Below, one piece after another: positions 1 to 12,676 of a stretch of 64,000 nt of DNA (position 1 is the stretch's first letter; each line of letters starts with the position of its first letter). The DNA comes from Octopus vulgaris. Taxonomy: Eukaryota. The stretch covers positions 1,984,001 to 2,048,000 of the forward strand of contig OX597821.1 in the NCBI GenBank assembly GCA_951406725.2, given 5' to 3'. The notes beneath the pieces were generated by a model. It was not told the DNA's origin and searched no databases. It saw only the letters and a program-made list of their open reading frames with translations. A program made the translations under genes and the position numbers.

Positions 1-430
1 TATTTCAAATGTATACATAACTATATATATATATATATATATACATCTTTATGCACACACACACACACACATACACACGCATGTCTAAAGACAAACGCTA
101 TCTCACCCGTATGTATATTCATGGCTGCATCGCTGTACGTTCTATTACATTTCATTTAGTTTCAAGTGTCCGTTTCATGTCACACGATGATTATGTCTGA
201 TGAGTAGTTTTTCGATTTTTTCAACCCGTTTCAATGATTCGTTATATAAATAAGGTGATACATCATAATATACGCATATGTGCGTGCACACACTCGCACG
301 CGCACATACAGACAGACAAGCAGACAGATAGATACAGACACAAACATTTATAGTCTGCACTCACATTGTACATACGAACATACATCTACATAGACACAAA
401 TTGACTTAAACATGTGTGTATATATATATG

Positions 431-484
<54 letters not shown>

Positions 485-567
485 AGGTCCCGGGTTGAGT
501 CGGGGTTAACCACAGTAAATAAGGTACTCAATACATAGCAGAGCAAAGTAATTTATTTTATAGAAGA

Positions 568-618
568 AGCCTCTACAGGACTAGAACTGTTTCATTCAGA
601 TGAAATCTTCAGGAAGCT
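568..618 (-). ncRNA. Type I hammerhead ribozyme, canonical core
   Basis: Minus strand: AGCTTC-CTGAAGA-TTTCATCTGAAT-GAAA-CAG(ttctagtc)CTG-TA-GAGGCT. Stem I has 6 bp, stem III is ACAG/CTGT, and the cleavage triplet is GUA. Confidence 0.85.
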
Positions 619-913
619 GGCTGTCAAAATAAGTTCTGGTATTTATGCATTTAGGCAGATATAATGGGGTGGTGGGGGGACGTTTTTTGGGTAGGTTGGT
701 ATTTAGGAGATAAACAGAGCACAAGCTATTGTTCTTAGGGGAGTGGTCAAAAGGCCAGAGAGTTTTTTGAAAAGAGAAGAATCAGTGAGAAAATAAATAA
801 ATGAATAGACTAAGAGACTATATATTTATGTATGCGTATGTGTATTTATATATACATGTGTATTTGTATATAAATGTATGTGTGTATGCATGTATATTTG
901 TGTATGGATGTAA

Positions 914-949
<36 letters not shown>

Positions 950-1857
950 ACATGTAGATTTATGTATGTGTATATATATATATGTGTATATGTGTAGATT
1001 TGTATGTACGTGTATGTATGTGTATGTATGTGCATGTGTGTATATGTGTGTATGTATATGCATGTGTGTATTTATATATGCATATATGTATTTATATGCG
1101 TATATATACTTATATATGCGTATTTGTATTTATATGCACATATGGTTTTATATGTGCATATGTGTTTATATATGCGTGTATATATTTATATGTGTGTGTT
1201 TTTGTGTACATATGTATATTTATGTATGTGTTTATATATGCATAATTATGTATATGTTTATATGTACATGGGTATATTTATGTATGTATACTTATGTGTA
1301 TTTGTATGTGTATATATATATATATGTATGCATATATATATATATATGTGTGTGTGTGTATGTAGGTGTATGTATGTATATGTATATGTATGTATATATA
1401 TATATGTGTATGTGTATATATGTATATATGTATGTATGTGTTTGTTTGTATGTATATATATGTGCGTATGTTATGTATACTTGTGTATATTCGCATGTGT
1501 ATGTATGTGTATTTGTAAGTATATTTATTTTATATGTTTTTTTCATGTATATTTATCTATTTATTCCCTCCACCTAACAAAAACACACTGCCTACCTCTT
1601 CTTGACCACCTAAAAGCAATTGTCTTCTATTTTTACCTAAAATCCCATCCCGTACGTCTGTTTCTATTCATTTATTCTATTTATTCATTTATTTATTTTC
1701 TCACTGATTCTTCTCTGGTCTTTTGACCACTCCCCTAAGAACAATAGCGTGTGCCCTGTTTTTTCTCCTAAATACCAACCTACCCAAAAAACGTCCCCCA
1801 CCATCACCCCATTATATCTGCCTAAATGCATAAATACCAGAACTTATTTTGACAGCC

Positions 1858-1908
1858 AGCTTCCTGAAAATTTCATCTGAATGAAACAGTTCTAGTCCTG
1901 TAGAGGCT
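1858..1908 (+). ncRNA. Hammerhead copy with G8->A core mutation (probably inactive)
   Basis: Identical to 568-618 except the core reads CTGAAAA instead of CTGAAGA. Confidence 0.75.
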
Positions 1909-1932
1909 CCTGCTATAAAATAAAAATAAAAT

Positions 1933-1968
<36 letters not shown>

Positions 1969-2373
1969 GGCGCAGGAGTGGCTGTGTGGTAAGTAGCTTG
2001 CTAACCAACCATATGGTTCTGGGTTCAGTCCCTCTGCGTGGCATCTTGGGCAAGTGTCTTCTGCTATAGCCCCGGGCCGACCAATGCCTTGTGAGTGGAT
2101 TTGGTAGACGGAAACTGAAAGAAGCCTGTCGTATATATGTATATATATATATATGTATACGTGTGTGTGTTTGTGTGTCTGTGTTTGTCCCCCTAGCATT
2201 GCTTGACAACCGATGCTGGTGTGTTTATGTCCCCGTTACTTAGCCGTTCGGCAAAAGAGACCGATAGAATAAGTACTGGGCTTACAAAAGTATAAGTCCC
2301 GGGGTCGAGTTACTCGATTAAAGGCGGTGCTCCAGCATGGCCGCAGTCATATGACTGAAACAAGTAAAAGAGT
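1969..2373 (+). mobile_element. tRNA-derived SINE family A, young full-length copy with internal (TA)n/(TG)n
   Basis: Head GGCGCAGGAGTGGCTGTGTGGTAAG...GGGTTCAGTCC has A/B-box-like motifs and the tail is GAAACAAGTAAAAGAGTA. Near-identical copies lie at 6279, 52780 and 63103. Confidence 0.9.
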
Positions 2374-2378
2374 ATATA

Positions 2379-2430
<52 letters not shown>

Positions 2431-2839
2431 TGTATATACATTGATATATATATATATATATATATCTTTATATCTCTATGTATGTGTATGCATGTATATA
2501 TGTACATACACACATACACACACACAAACTCATACACATACATATAGGTTAGCGTGGCTGCGTGGTTAAATATTTGTTTTCTTGCCACATGGTTCCAGGT
2601 TCAGTCCCACAGCGTGGTACCTTCGGCCACTGTCACGTGACTGAATTTGATTGAAGGAAACGGTAAGACGCTCGTCGTATATATATATATATATATATAT
2701 ATAAGAAAATAGTAAAGAGTGAAAAAACGACAGAAGGCTTAAATGTTAAAAAATATATATATATTTGTGTCAAAATGTCTGGAGAATATTGGAAAATTTT
2801 TTTTCCTTTCCTTAAAATGACATAATTTAAAAATTTTTA

Positions 2840-2879
2840 AAGAAATTACCGGTTTCGCGTGTAGCTTTTCAAATTTCTT
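2840..2879 (-). ncRNA. Minimal type I hammerhead, U3-A8 compensatory core variant
   Basis: AAGAAAT-TTGAAAA-GC(TACAC)GC-GAAA-CCGG-TA-ATTTCTT. Stem I has 7 bp, stem III is the palindrome ACCGGT, and the triplet is GUA. Confidence 0.75.
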
Positions 2880-3081
2880 GTGACGTTTCTTGAAAAGTAC
2901 AAACCCAGACTCAACCATCCGAACATACTGACACAGAGAAATTAACAAGGGAAAAGGGAAAAAAATTTCTAAGCGATTATCTCCCTTACACCGGAAGAAA
3001 TCACTCACTACCTCCCCTTATTTAGAAATCTCCTAAAAATGAACACAAAGATAACTCCATGCAATATAAACATAACGTCAC

Positions 3082-3121
3082 AAGAAATTTGAAAAGCTAC
3101 ACGCGAAACCGGTAATTTATT
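3082..3121 (+). ncRNA. Second copy of the U3-A8 hammerhead, one stem I mismatch
   Basis: Same core as 2840-2879; the 3' stem I strand reads ATTTATT. Confidence 0.7.
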
Positions 3122-3297
3122 TAAAAATTTTAAAATTATGTCATTTTAAGGAAAGGAAAAAATTTTTTCCAATATTCTCCAGACATTTTGACACAAATAT
3201 ATATATTTTTTAACATTTAAGCCTTCTGTCGTTTTTTCACTCTTTACTATTTTCTTATATATTCACCCACGTGCTTTACCAAACAAACTTTCTTATC

Positions 3298-3344
<47 letters not shown>

Positions 3345-3879
3345 TGTGTGTGTGTGTTGTGCGTGTGTGTTTGTGTAAATGTGTGCGTTTCTGTATTTGT
3401 GTGTGTGTGTGTGTGTGTGTCTATGTTGTCCTCCCATCAACGCTTGACAACGGAAGTTGATGTGTTTACGTCTCCGTAACTTAGCATTTCGGATGAAGAA
3501 ACCGATAGAATAAGAACTAGGCTTAGAAAGTCCGGGGGTTAATTTATCCGTCTAAATTCGGTGCTCCAGCATGGCCGCAGTCACATGGTTGAAACAAGTG
3601 ACAGATGAACTATAATATATACATATACATATTATATATGCATATGTGGGCACAGGACGTCATGAAACGTGTACAACAAAAATATGAATTACGAGTAAAG
3701 GGAATATCAACTATTTTTTAGAACATCGAAAGACACAAACGGAAAACAAGAGAAACAACATAAAGAACAACCTTTTGTCAGTTGTTGGTTGTTTTTCTAA
3801 TGTCATATTTCCAGCTTTTAACAACAATATACGGGTATAGGATTAGTGGAAACGAGCGTAGTGAGGCATTAAAATAGTC

Positions 3880-4930
3880 ATGAATTCCATCCAAGGATTA
3901 TTACACTTTTAGCATCATTTATCGCTTTTATAGGGTTAGGCATTGAATCAACTAGATTCTTGCAGTTGCTAGACGCAATTTTACTCCATCCTTCTCTCAA
4001 CTTTTGGTACAGATGCTCTTTATTTTTCATTGTTGTGTTCCTGATAGCTTCACGAAGAGTTCCCCATAGGTGTTCGTGCTGGCCAGTCTATGGGAACAAT
4101 ACTCTGTGTCTCAAACCATTTACGAGTATTCTTTGCTGTACGGCATGGAGCGTTGTCCCGTTGAAAGATAACACTGTTTTTCAACACTCCTGGATGCAAT
4201 TTAGCAATTGATGGCTCTAAAACATCTGATAATATAGAAACATAGGTAGCTGAATTCATCCTTCCCCGACAAAAGAACATTTTTTCGGGTCCTGTGGCAG
4301 ACATGCAGGCCTACGCCATGATAGAACCATCCACATCTTTTACAGATGGTACCTGGCATTCAGCCTTAAATGTTTTCCCAACTCTGCGACGCACGAAAGT
4401 TGCACCCTGATGTACCGAAAACTTGAGTAAAAACACGAAAAATAATATTAGCTTTATGTTGGATACTTGTTTTTATATATTTGTGCAACAAATGAAATAC
4501 ATTAGGTTTATATGGTAATTGAACACATGTACTATCTTACCTCCTAGTTACTTTTATCAGACCATATGACTTTCAACCATTGCTCACTGGTTCAATTTGA
4601 GTGGTTTTTGGCACACTGAAGACGTTTTTCTATATTCGCTTCTTCCTGGCTTTACAGCCCTTCTTCTAACAGTTCTGGTTGACATTTGTGAAGTACTTGC
4701 CTCATTGAAGTCCACACAGTGTTCCGACTATGATTTTGTCCTGTTTCTGAGCGACTGACTAGAGATGGATCTGGCATCGCAAGATGATGTAACCTTTTTT
4801 CTACCTGCTCTTTGTATTGTCCTCACATCTTTTGTCTCTGAAGTGCTTGAGAGTCGTTTACACCGCACATCGAGAACATTTCATCTTCTGAGCAATTTGC
4901 CTTTGAGACACTCCATCTTCATTTGACTTC
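3880..4930 (-). pseudogene. Decayed Tc1-family transposase with a putative intron at 4423-4540
   Basis: Translated pieces: RAGRKKVT, TVRRR, WLKVIWSDKS, VFGTSG/ATFVRRR, MSATG...GRMNSATYVSILSDVLEPS, IFQRDNAPC. Multiple stops and frameshifts. Confidence 0.85.
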
Positions 4931-5144
4931 GCTCACACTCAACTCCCTTGTTCTAGGTATTTTACTGTTTATTAACTGTATCTACAACATATTTTAGCAT
5001 AAAACTCTGAGATAATCGAGGAAACACGAGTTAATTTTGCACGTTGGTTTTAATCATAATAGGTAGCATATGTACAGTATAAAAGCGGTAATTGATGCTA
5101 AAGGAGGGTCATCCAGATATTAAAACTAATGTATAGTGTGAAAT

Positions 5145-5257
<113 letters not shown>

Positions 5258-5764
5258 ATATATATTTATATATATATATATGTATATATATATATGTATA
5301 TATATATGTGTATATATAAATATATACTAATATATATATATATATATGCGTGTGTGTGTGTGTGTATACATCTATCTATCTATATATATATATATATATT
5401 TGTACATATATGTATGTAAAAATATATACATATACTGCGATTCCTGTAAATATACCCCTATATATACAAATATTGAAGCATTAATATTTTGCAAATTTTC
5501 ATCTGAATACGTTTTAGTGTACATATCTTTAATACATATTAAGTCTTTATCTTTTATCAATCCTTGAAAAAGTTTTCTACGATAATTTCAGTTTATGCCA
5601 AACAAAAAAACAAAAGAGAAAGTGCAATTCTGGAAGCTCATGTCATGAACAACGTTCTCCAATAAATAGTAAAGACAAATCATTTCTCTGTCGTGTATAC
5701 TAACGATATGTAAAGCTCCTTTCGCTGATTCGTCCAGAATGTTACATTTTAAATCGTATGAAAT

Positions 5765-6182
5765 CCATTAGACTGCGGCAATCCGGGAACACCACCTTGA
5801 AAAAGTTTTAGCCGAATGAATTTGCCCTCCGTACTTCATTTTTTAAAAAACCTGGTAAGTATACTTTTGGACGCTTTGCGGAACCACTAAGCTACGGAGA
5901 CGCAAAACATCAACAGAGATTGTCAAGCAGTGGAAGGGGCAGGGCAGACACAGTCACTATGACAGACACATACGCACACACAAACACACACACACGTACA
6001 CACACGCATATATATATACATGCGACAGCTCCTTCCAGATTCCGCCCATCAAATCCACTCACAAGGGTTTGGTCGGCCGATGGCTATAGTAGAAAACACT
6101 TACCCAAGATGCCACTCCGCGAGACTGAACCCGGAACCATGTGATTACGAAGTAAACTACCTACCACACAGCCACGCCCGCA
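5765..6182 (-). mobile_element. Diverged SINE A
   Basis: Reverse-complement similarity to 1969-2373 along its length. Confidence 0.75.
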
Positions 6183-6278
6183 TCTGCCTGTCTCTCTATC
6201 CGTCTGTCTGTCTTTCAGTTTCTCTCTGTGTGTCTACCTGTCTGTTTATCTATCTCTCTCTCTCTCTCTGTATATGTA

Positions 6279-6689
6279 TACTCTTTTACTCTTTTACTTG
6301 TTTCAGTCATTTGACTGCGGCCATGCTGGAGCACCGCCTTTAGTCGAGCAAATCGACCCCAGGACTTATTCTTTGTAAGCCCAGTACTTATTCTATCGGT
6401 CGCTTTTGCCGAACCGCTAAGTGACGGGGACGTAAACACACCAGCATCGGTTGTCAAGCAATGCTTGGGGGACAAACACAGACACACAAACATGCACACA
6501 CACATACATGTATATATACATATATTCGACAGGCTTCTTTCAGTTTCTGTCTACCAAATCCACTCACAAGGCATTGGTCGGCCCGGGGCTATAGCAGAAG
6601 ACACTTGCCCAAGATGCCACGCAGTGGGACTGAACCCAGAACCATGTGGTTGGTTAGCAAGCTACTTACCACACAGCCACTCCTGCGCC

Positions 6690-6690
<1 letters not shown>
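6279..6690 (-). mobile_element. SINE A, young full-length copy
   Basis: Near-identical reverse complement of 1969-2373. Confidence 0.9.
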
Positions 6691-6772
<82 letters not shown>

Positions 6773-7344
6773 TATAATTGTAACAGATCCTTGGAAAACC
6801 TAATCTTGGTAAAATCTTCCAGAATATGGAAAGAAGTTTTCCTTTGACTGTAAAGGTTGTTTTGTGTTAGCGTCATTAAATTCCCTGTTTAAACGCAATA
6901 TTTTTAAAAGTAAGTCTTAAATAAATTTTGGTTAAAATGTGTAGATATAATCTTTAGCGTAAAATACTTTTTATTGCAGGTAAAAAGCTGGAATTATTGG
7001 AAGTGGTGTCTAGACAATTCCATCGCCATCAGCCCCCAACTGGTACTTACTTTATCGGTTAAGAAATAATAAACGGCAAAGTCAACCACGATGGAATTTT
7101 GATTCAAAAATTAAAGACGGACGAAATGCTGCTTAGTTTTGCCATCTCGTCGTCATTGTTCTGTACATAATCTCATTAAACAAAGAATAGTATCGCTTTT
7201 AATGCATCTCTAATTTATTAATCGATCTAGCTGCGAAGAATCGGTTATAAATCAAATCAATCTATCCAATTTAAAATTTAGCTATTTTAATAGTGGTTTG
7301 ACAAGCAATACCTGTGGGGGAAGATAATAAAAGGGACATTTAAC

Positions 7345-7670
7345 TGGCTCTCCGTCGGCTGAGAAGATGCGTGTTCCAGTCGATCCGTTGAACGGAACAG
7401 CCTGCTCGTGAAATTAACGTGCTGTTGGCAGAGTACCCCAAAATACGCGTACCTTTAGCCTAGTTCTCATGGAGTTTCAGCGATACAGACAATGTGACAA
7501 AGCTGGCCCTTTCGAAATACAGATACGATCCATTTTTTTTCTAGCTGAGCAAACTGAAGCAACGTGAAATAAAGTGTCTTGATAAAGGATACAATCCACT
7601 GTCGGAAATCGAACTAGTGACGTAACAATCATGAACCGAATACCTTAATCACAAATCCACGCGCCTTCAC
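7345..7670 (-). mobile_element. tRNA-derived SINE family B, diverged
   Basis: Shares gatccg..aacggaacagcctgctcgtgaaattaacgtg and the head ccacgcgccttcac with 36163-36545. Confidence 0.8.
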
Positions 7671-9157
7671 AATGAGGGGACTTAGTCTTCGATGAAATCC
7701 TAACATGCGATTCTGGATTCAAACAGCCTCTTTATCCTTCCGCCAAAATATCGTATACGAATCCGCGGTGTGCACACCTGTCGAAACATAAAGCGTCAAA
7801 AATCTACATGTATATTGTGGAATATAGTTTAGAATTGGAGGTCAAGCGTAATCTATGAATTATTCGAGTTAATACAGAAATAAATGATTTGTTAATCTTT
7901 ATGTTCATAACTTCAGAAATATTTATAACAATATTTTTGTCACTCAATACACGACCACTTACTTAACTTCTTATTTTTCATGCAGATGATAGGTTGCAGT
8001 GATTATACTGAGATTAATACTGACATAATGCATATTAAAATATGCTAATTTTTCAGGCTTGATCGTGTGTGATATTACGAGTCTACCTTGTGATTTTCTC
8101 TTTACAACATTCTTGACTGCAATGAAGCCAATGATCAGCCTGTAATTGGCTGAACACGGCCTTATGTATTATTCACGGCATTCTCAGAAAGAATCTCTAA
8201 GATACATCGTTTGACAAAGCTGGACCTTTGAATTACAAATACAAGGCTCGTATTTTATTATTGTAGTAATGTCTGAGTATTCCAAATAAACTGATGTTCT
8301 TCATATAATGATTAAGTCGAACTGAGTTGACGTAGCTAATGATAACGTTGGAACACTGAAGTAAATGTAATTGGCCTGACTGTGATGAAAGAGAATCGCT
8401 CAGTAAATGAACAAGATTGCATAAACGGTTTGACAGTGAGATTATATTAAATTTTGATGCACCGAAAACTAATGAGACTCATGTTAGTTGAAGTTAAAAT
8501 TTATTGGCTGCCATATTGTATGTTATTATCTCTACGTCATTTAGCTTCTATATCTGTTTTGAGTAAAAATAATTGTGCTGAACAGCTTCTATTAGTTAGA
8601 TTTACAACATTCATTACGTGCATCTGTCAACAAGGAAACAGCGTTAATTTATATTCTTTCTAAATAGTTTTTTGATAAATTTCACTTTTTAAAAAAAATT
8701 ATATATAACAAAATAAAACTGAGTTCGAAAAGTAACGTATCAGGAAATCTTAATAAACAAAATAACAATGAAAAACTAACAAAAACAAACAGAAACAAAA
8801 CAAAAACCAAGACACTCCGTTGGTCACATGTCATGAAGAAAGGTTGCTGCGTTTACGTCTGATATGGCAGGAGCTACCGGAGAGCTAAATATAATAGAGT
8901 CTAACATGATTTCCAGAACACCTGAGAATATTATATTACAATGTATATATATCTTGACTTGTAGACACTTATGGACGAATAATTAAGCAATTCGTCTCAC
9001 GGCCACAAGATCCGCGTTCTATCCTATGTAGCAACATGGTCAAATGAAGTGTTCTATAAGCTCTGGACAAACAATAAGTCAAACAATGGTAGCCTTAATA
9101 TACAAATAAAGAGTGTTCTTCAGGTATTGAGCACTGATTCTCATTGTTCGACATTCG

Positions 9158-9212
<55 letters not shown>

Positions 9213-10499
9213 TACTCGAATACCAAAGGTAGAGTAGTATACATTTTCTTGACATAAAATTATGACACAAGTTTTACTCAATTTCACGTTAAATAAAACC
9301 TTCATATGTGTGTATGTATGTGTGTGTGTATGCGTGTATGTATGTATGTATGAATATTTGTATTTATATATATATATATATATATAAATTTAATTTTTAG
9401 TTATCTTGTGTAAACATGTGTAAATAAATTAGACAAATTAAATATACTCTCGGAATAAATTTTAACATCTTAGGAGAGTATTGTAGTTCGCTTGAAGCAC
9501 TGTGTATTGTTTGTAAAGAATAAAAAGTTTTGAATGGTACAACAATGCACCATAATACAGACAATGGTCTGTGTATACCTGTTGTAATTTAGTCATCCAT
9601 AGTCTGATATGATATTTCGGAATAATATTCCTTCTTCAGATATTCTGAAGTGGAGTCGCTGCTATAATCGGTTTTCTAACGGCTTGAGAATGTTAACTTG
9701 TTTCTTACTAGGAGAATTTTAGTGAAATATGTAATTTGAAAACTATATAAAGAAAAACATGAACACATTATCGTCATGATGTTCATGCATTTAATTTCAA
9801 AGTTTAATGTATATATTGAAATATAGTTAAGTTGTAATGTATTTGGTTGTATCATGTAACGTAAAGTATAATTGTTAGCAATGTTAGAAATGAATTAGAT
9901 GCGGCTGAGATATATGTACCCTCATATGTTTATATATATATATATATGTTTGTATATGTGTATGCGTGTGTTTCTGTGTTTGTGAGAGAGGGAGAAAGAT
10001 AAAGAGAGAAGGATAGGTGTGCGTGTATGCAAATATATGAAGAATCTGATAATGAACCGATAAGCATCCGCTCTTAAAGTCTCCTCTCAGACATAGATGT
10101 TATTGATATTTTCATTTCGTCAATGTTTCTTTCTTCGCTACTATGTATCAGTGAGTCTGTGACTTTAATTCGTCCCTCAGGATACAACATACTTCTGTCT
10201 CTAGTGACACTTACCGGGCAAGTTACGATAATTTTAGTTTACGTCAAATAAAAAAAGAAAAGAAAAAAATACAATTCTTGAAGTCCATGCCATGAACAAC
10301 GTTCCCCAATGAATGGTAAAGACAAATCACTTCTCTGTTGTGTATACTAACGATATATGAAGTTCCCTTCGTCGATTCGTCCAGAATGTTACATTTTAAA
10401 TCGTATTATTCTAAAATTCTTGTTGAAACTATGAGAAAAACAAATAAGCGAATACAAACAATAATCTGAACTTGCTATTTTGTTGCAACATGTTTTTGT

Positions 10500-10730
10500 T
10501 TGTTTGCCGAAGTTCAGTGCTGGACACACAGAACATAATAAATAATAGAACAGCAGGGAATATAATACCACTGAGATTATCTCGTTGGGAAGGAAGACAA
10601 AGAAAACAATGGCGTTCATTTCCTGTGGCCTACTTCGCCGTCGAATCAGTCAACTCTGGACTCTTGGGTCTACAACACACGACTGATCCCTGGTGGAATC
10701 TTCGAAATAATCACAAACAATGATGTTATT
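10500..10730 (+). pseudogene. Possible decayed ricin B-type beta-trefoil lectin fragment
   Basis: SVLDTQN...LRLSRWEGRQRKQWRSFPVAYFAVESVNSGLL...NNHKQ*(TGA) resembles the VLD..G..QxW..YF.I.S.NSGL repeat, with a second Q-W-like site ~37 aa later. Confidence 0.3.
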
Positions 10731-12135
10731 TGAAAACTTGTGCTAGACATATGTATGAAATGTAACCCTTTATGTTCTCAACACACCCGATCTTACTCGG
10801 AATATTACGTCTCCCTCAAGCCATGCTCTGTATACAAACTAGCATGTAATGAAAATTGAAGACCTTCAGATATTGATTACGGAAATTCTAAACGGTATTG
10901 ATTCCACGGATAGCTGAAAGGCACACTGGGTGTCTTTCAACTTTCAAGACGTCAGACAATATATTTCTTTAATGGAAGGAAACATAACCTAGCGTACTAT
11001 TGCAGGGAATGAAAATATCCAATTTACAATTTCATCTAAGTTTGAAACTTAATGCAGAATTCTCAATCAAAATATATTCTCCGTCACAATTACTTTATAT
11101 CGACTGAACCAAATCTGTTCAAATCTATTCCTAAAGGCAGCAACCAACCAACAAATTTCAACTCGTCCTTAATTGTAATTCCTATTAAAACATTCCTCCA
11201 AGAGATATCTGCAGAATCAGTATTTTACTACTTCACAAATTATATTCGCTGAAACAGGAATTGAAGTGTCTCTCTCCCTGATTAAGTGTTCCTAAACTAG
11301 AGTTTGCTGCGAGAAAAACAGAATTTGAGGAGTGAATGTCAGTCAGTGTGGAGGTTCGTGGTTTAGTGGTTGGTGTATTGCACTCATAATGGTTTGATTG
11401 TAGTTTCAATTCTTGGAGTAATCTTGAGGAAAACTTTTCTTTTTCTTTTGCTCCAGTTCACTCAGCTGTCAAACATGAACAATTCTGCGACGGAACGGCG
11501 TCCCATCAAGGAGACAAATATATATAAGGGCAGATTTACGAGCCTAAGATTTCGGAAGGACCTTTCATACATTTTATTTTAGTCAGTACTAACCAATCGT
11601 TTGAGTTAGAATCTCTATGCGATCAAGAACGAGCACAAACTTTGGTCTCTTCTTGGGTAATTGACTCACTATGCATCCGTTATCTCGGGTTCAACCCTGA
11701 TTCTATAGAGTTAGAACTGTGAATTTTGAGGATATGGAGCCCATGTGGCACCGGTTTCATTTTACGTTTTACTTGTTCCAGTCATTAAGTTGCGGTCATG
11801 CTGTGACACACTCAGCCTTGAACTGCTTTACTCGAATAAATCGCTTCCATTAGTTATGTATTTTTAAAATTATTTTATTCATTCTTTCGGTTTCTTTGGC
11901 TGAATCAATAAGTTTCGAGGATTTAAACAAAGCAACACCGATTGTCAAGCTGTTAGATGTAACAGAATCAAATACACGCACACATTGCTATGTGGGAAGA
12001 AGCTTGTTTCACCACCATATGGTTGCAGGTGTAGTCCCACTGCGTGGAACCTTTAGGCATTTGTTCTCTTATATAGCCTCGAGGTGGCCAAATCTTTGAT
12101 TGGATTTGGTAGACGGAAACTGAGAGAAGCCTGCC

Positions 12136-12184
<49 letters not shown>

Positions 12185-12252
12185 TACATAAATCTTTTTT
12201 CGTAATGAGATAAAAAACAAGATTGTGTAGATTTTAGAACATTTATAGATAG

Positions 12253-12298
12253 GTCTTACAACTGTTTCCAGGATATTTAATATCCCTTCATCGGAGAC
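12253..12298 (-). ncRNA. Type I hammerhead (CCGAUGA core) in a PLE-like fragment (~12190-12363)
   Basis: GTCT-CCGATGA-AGGGATAT(TAA)ATATCCTG-GAAA-CAGTTG-TA-AGAC. Stem III is near-palindromic and the triplet is GUA. Confidence 0.75.
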
Positions 12299-12364
12299 GG
12301 TGTGAAGGGATGGTTAAGTAATAGATAATTTAGCTAAGATACAAAATAGAGAGTGAGGTGGAAC

Positions 12365-12600
12365 CTGCGACGATTTCATCTCAATCAAAGGAGGAGGGCT
12401 TTCTCCGCCCGGGTTGCGGATCCGTGGAATAAGCTGCCGGACGAGATAGTGAAGATGCCGACGACTGCTCGGTTCAAAGTCTCCCTTGACCACATGTGGC
12501 CTGAACTCTTTGCATGAACACCACTCTGTACATAACTCCATGTCCCTCTACATGGCCTTGCTTTTTGCCTTTTGAGTCAAAAAATTAACTTAACTTAACT

Positions 12601-12605
<5 letters not shown>
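12365..12605 (+). mobile_element. 3' end of a CR1-clade-like LINE with (TAACT)n tail
   Basis: LRRFHLNQRRRAFSARVADPWNKLPDEIVKMPTTARFKVSLDHMWPELFA* (stop at 12515-12517) fits the FS.RV...WN.LP.....FK..LD ORF2 C-terminus. Confidence 0.85.

Positions 12606-12676
<71 letters not shown>

Larger units (their letters stand above)
481..1925. mobile_element. PLE-like/retrozyme-like element: tail-out inverted pair (arms ~553-810 and ~1676-1925) around a degenerate TA/TG spacer, flanked by (TA)n
   Basis: The arms are ~250-bp near-perfect reverse complements and each contains an HHR motif. (TA)n lies on both flanks. Confidence 0.75.
2701..3297. mobile_element. PLE-like tail-out inverted pair (arms 2701-2887 and 3074-3258)
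   Basis: ~185-bp near-perfect inverted arms, each with an HHR, embedded in (TA)n. Confidence 0.75.
2546..3605 (+). mobile_element. Diverged SINE A split by an insertion in its internal (TA)n
   Basis: The 5' half (2546-2680) and 3' half (~3420-3605) match family A and flank the 2701-3297 element. Confidence 0.75.

Noticed and set aside
801-1726. Long ORFs (258 aa, 240 aa) and the many other YI/VC/HT-rich ORFs across the window
   Set aside because: They are translations of alternating purine-pyrimidine microsatellites, which lack stop codons.
6969-7013. Acceptor-like ttgcag followed by KAGIIGSGV (Rossmann-like motif)
   Set aside because: Only nine codons, followed immediately by a stop and SINE debris; could be chance.
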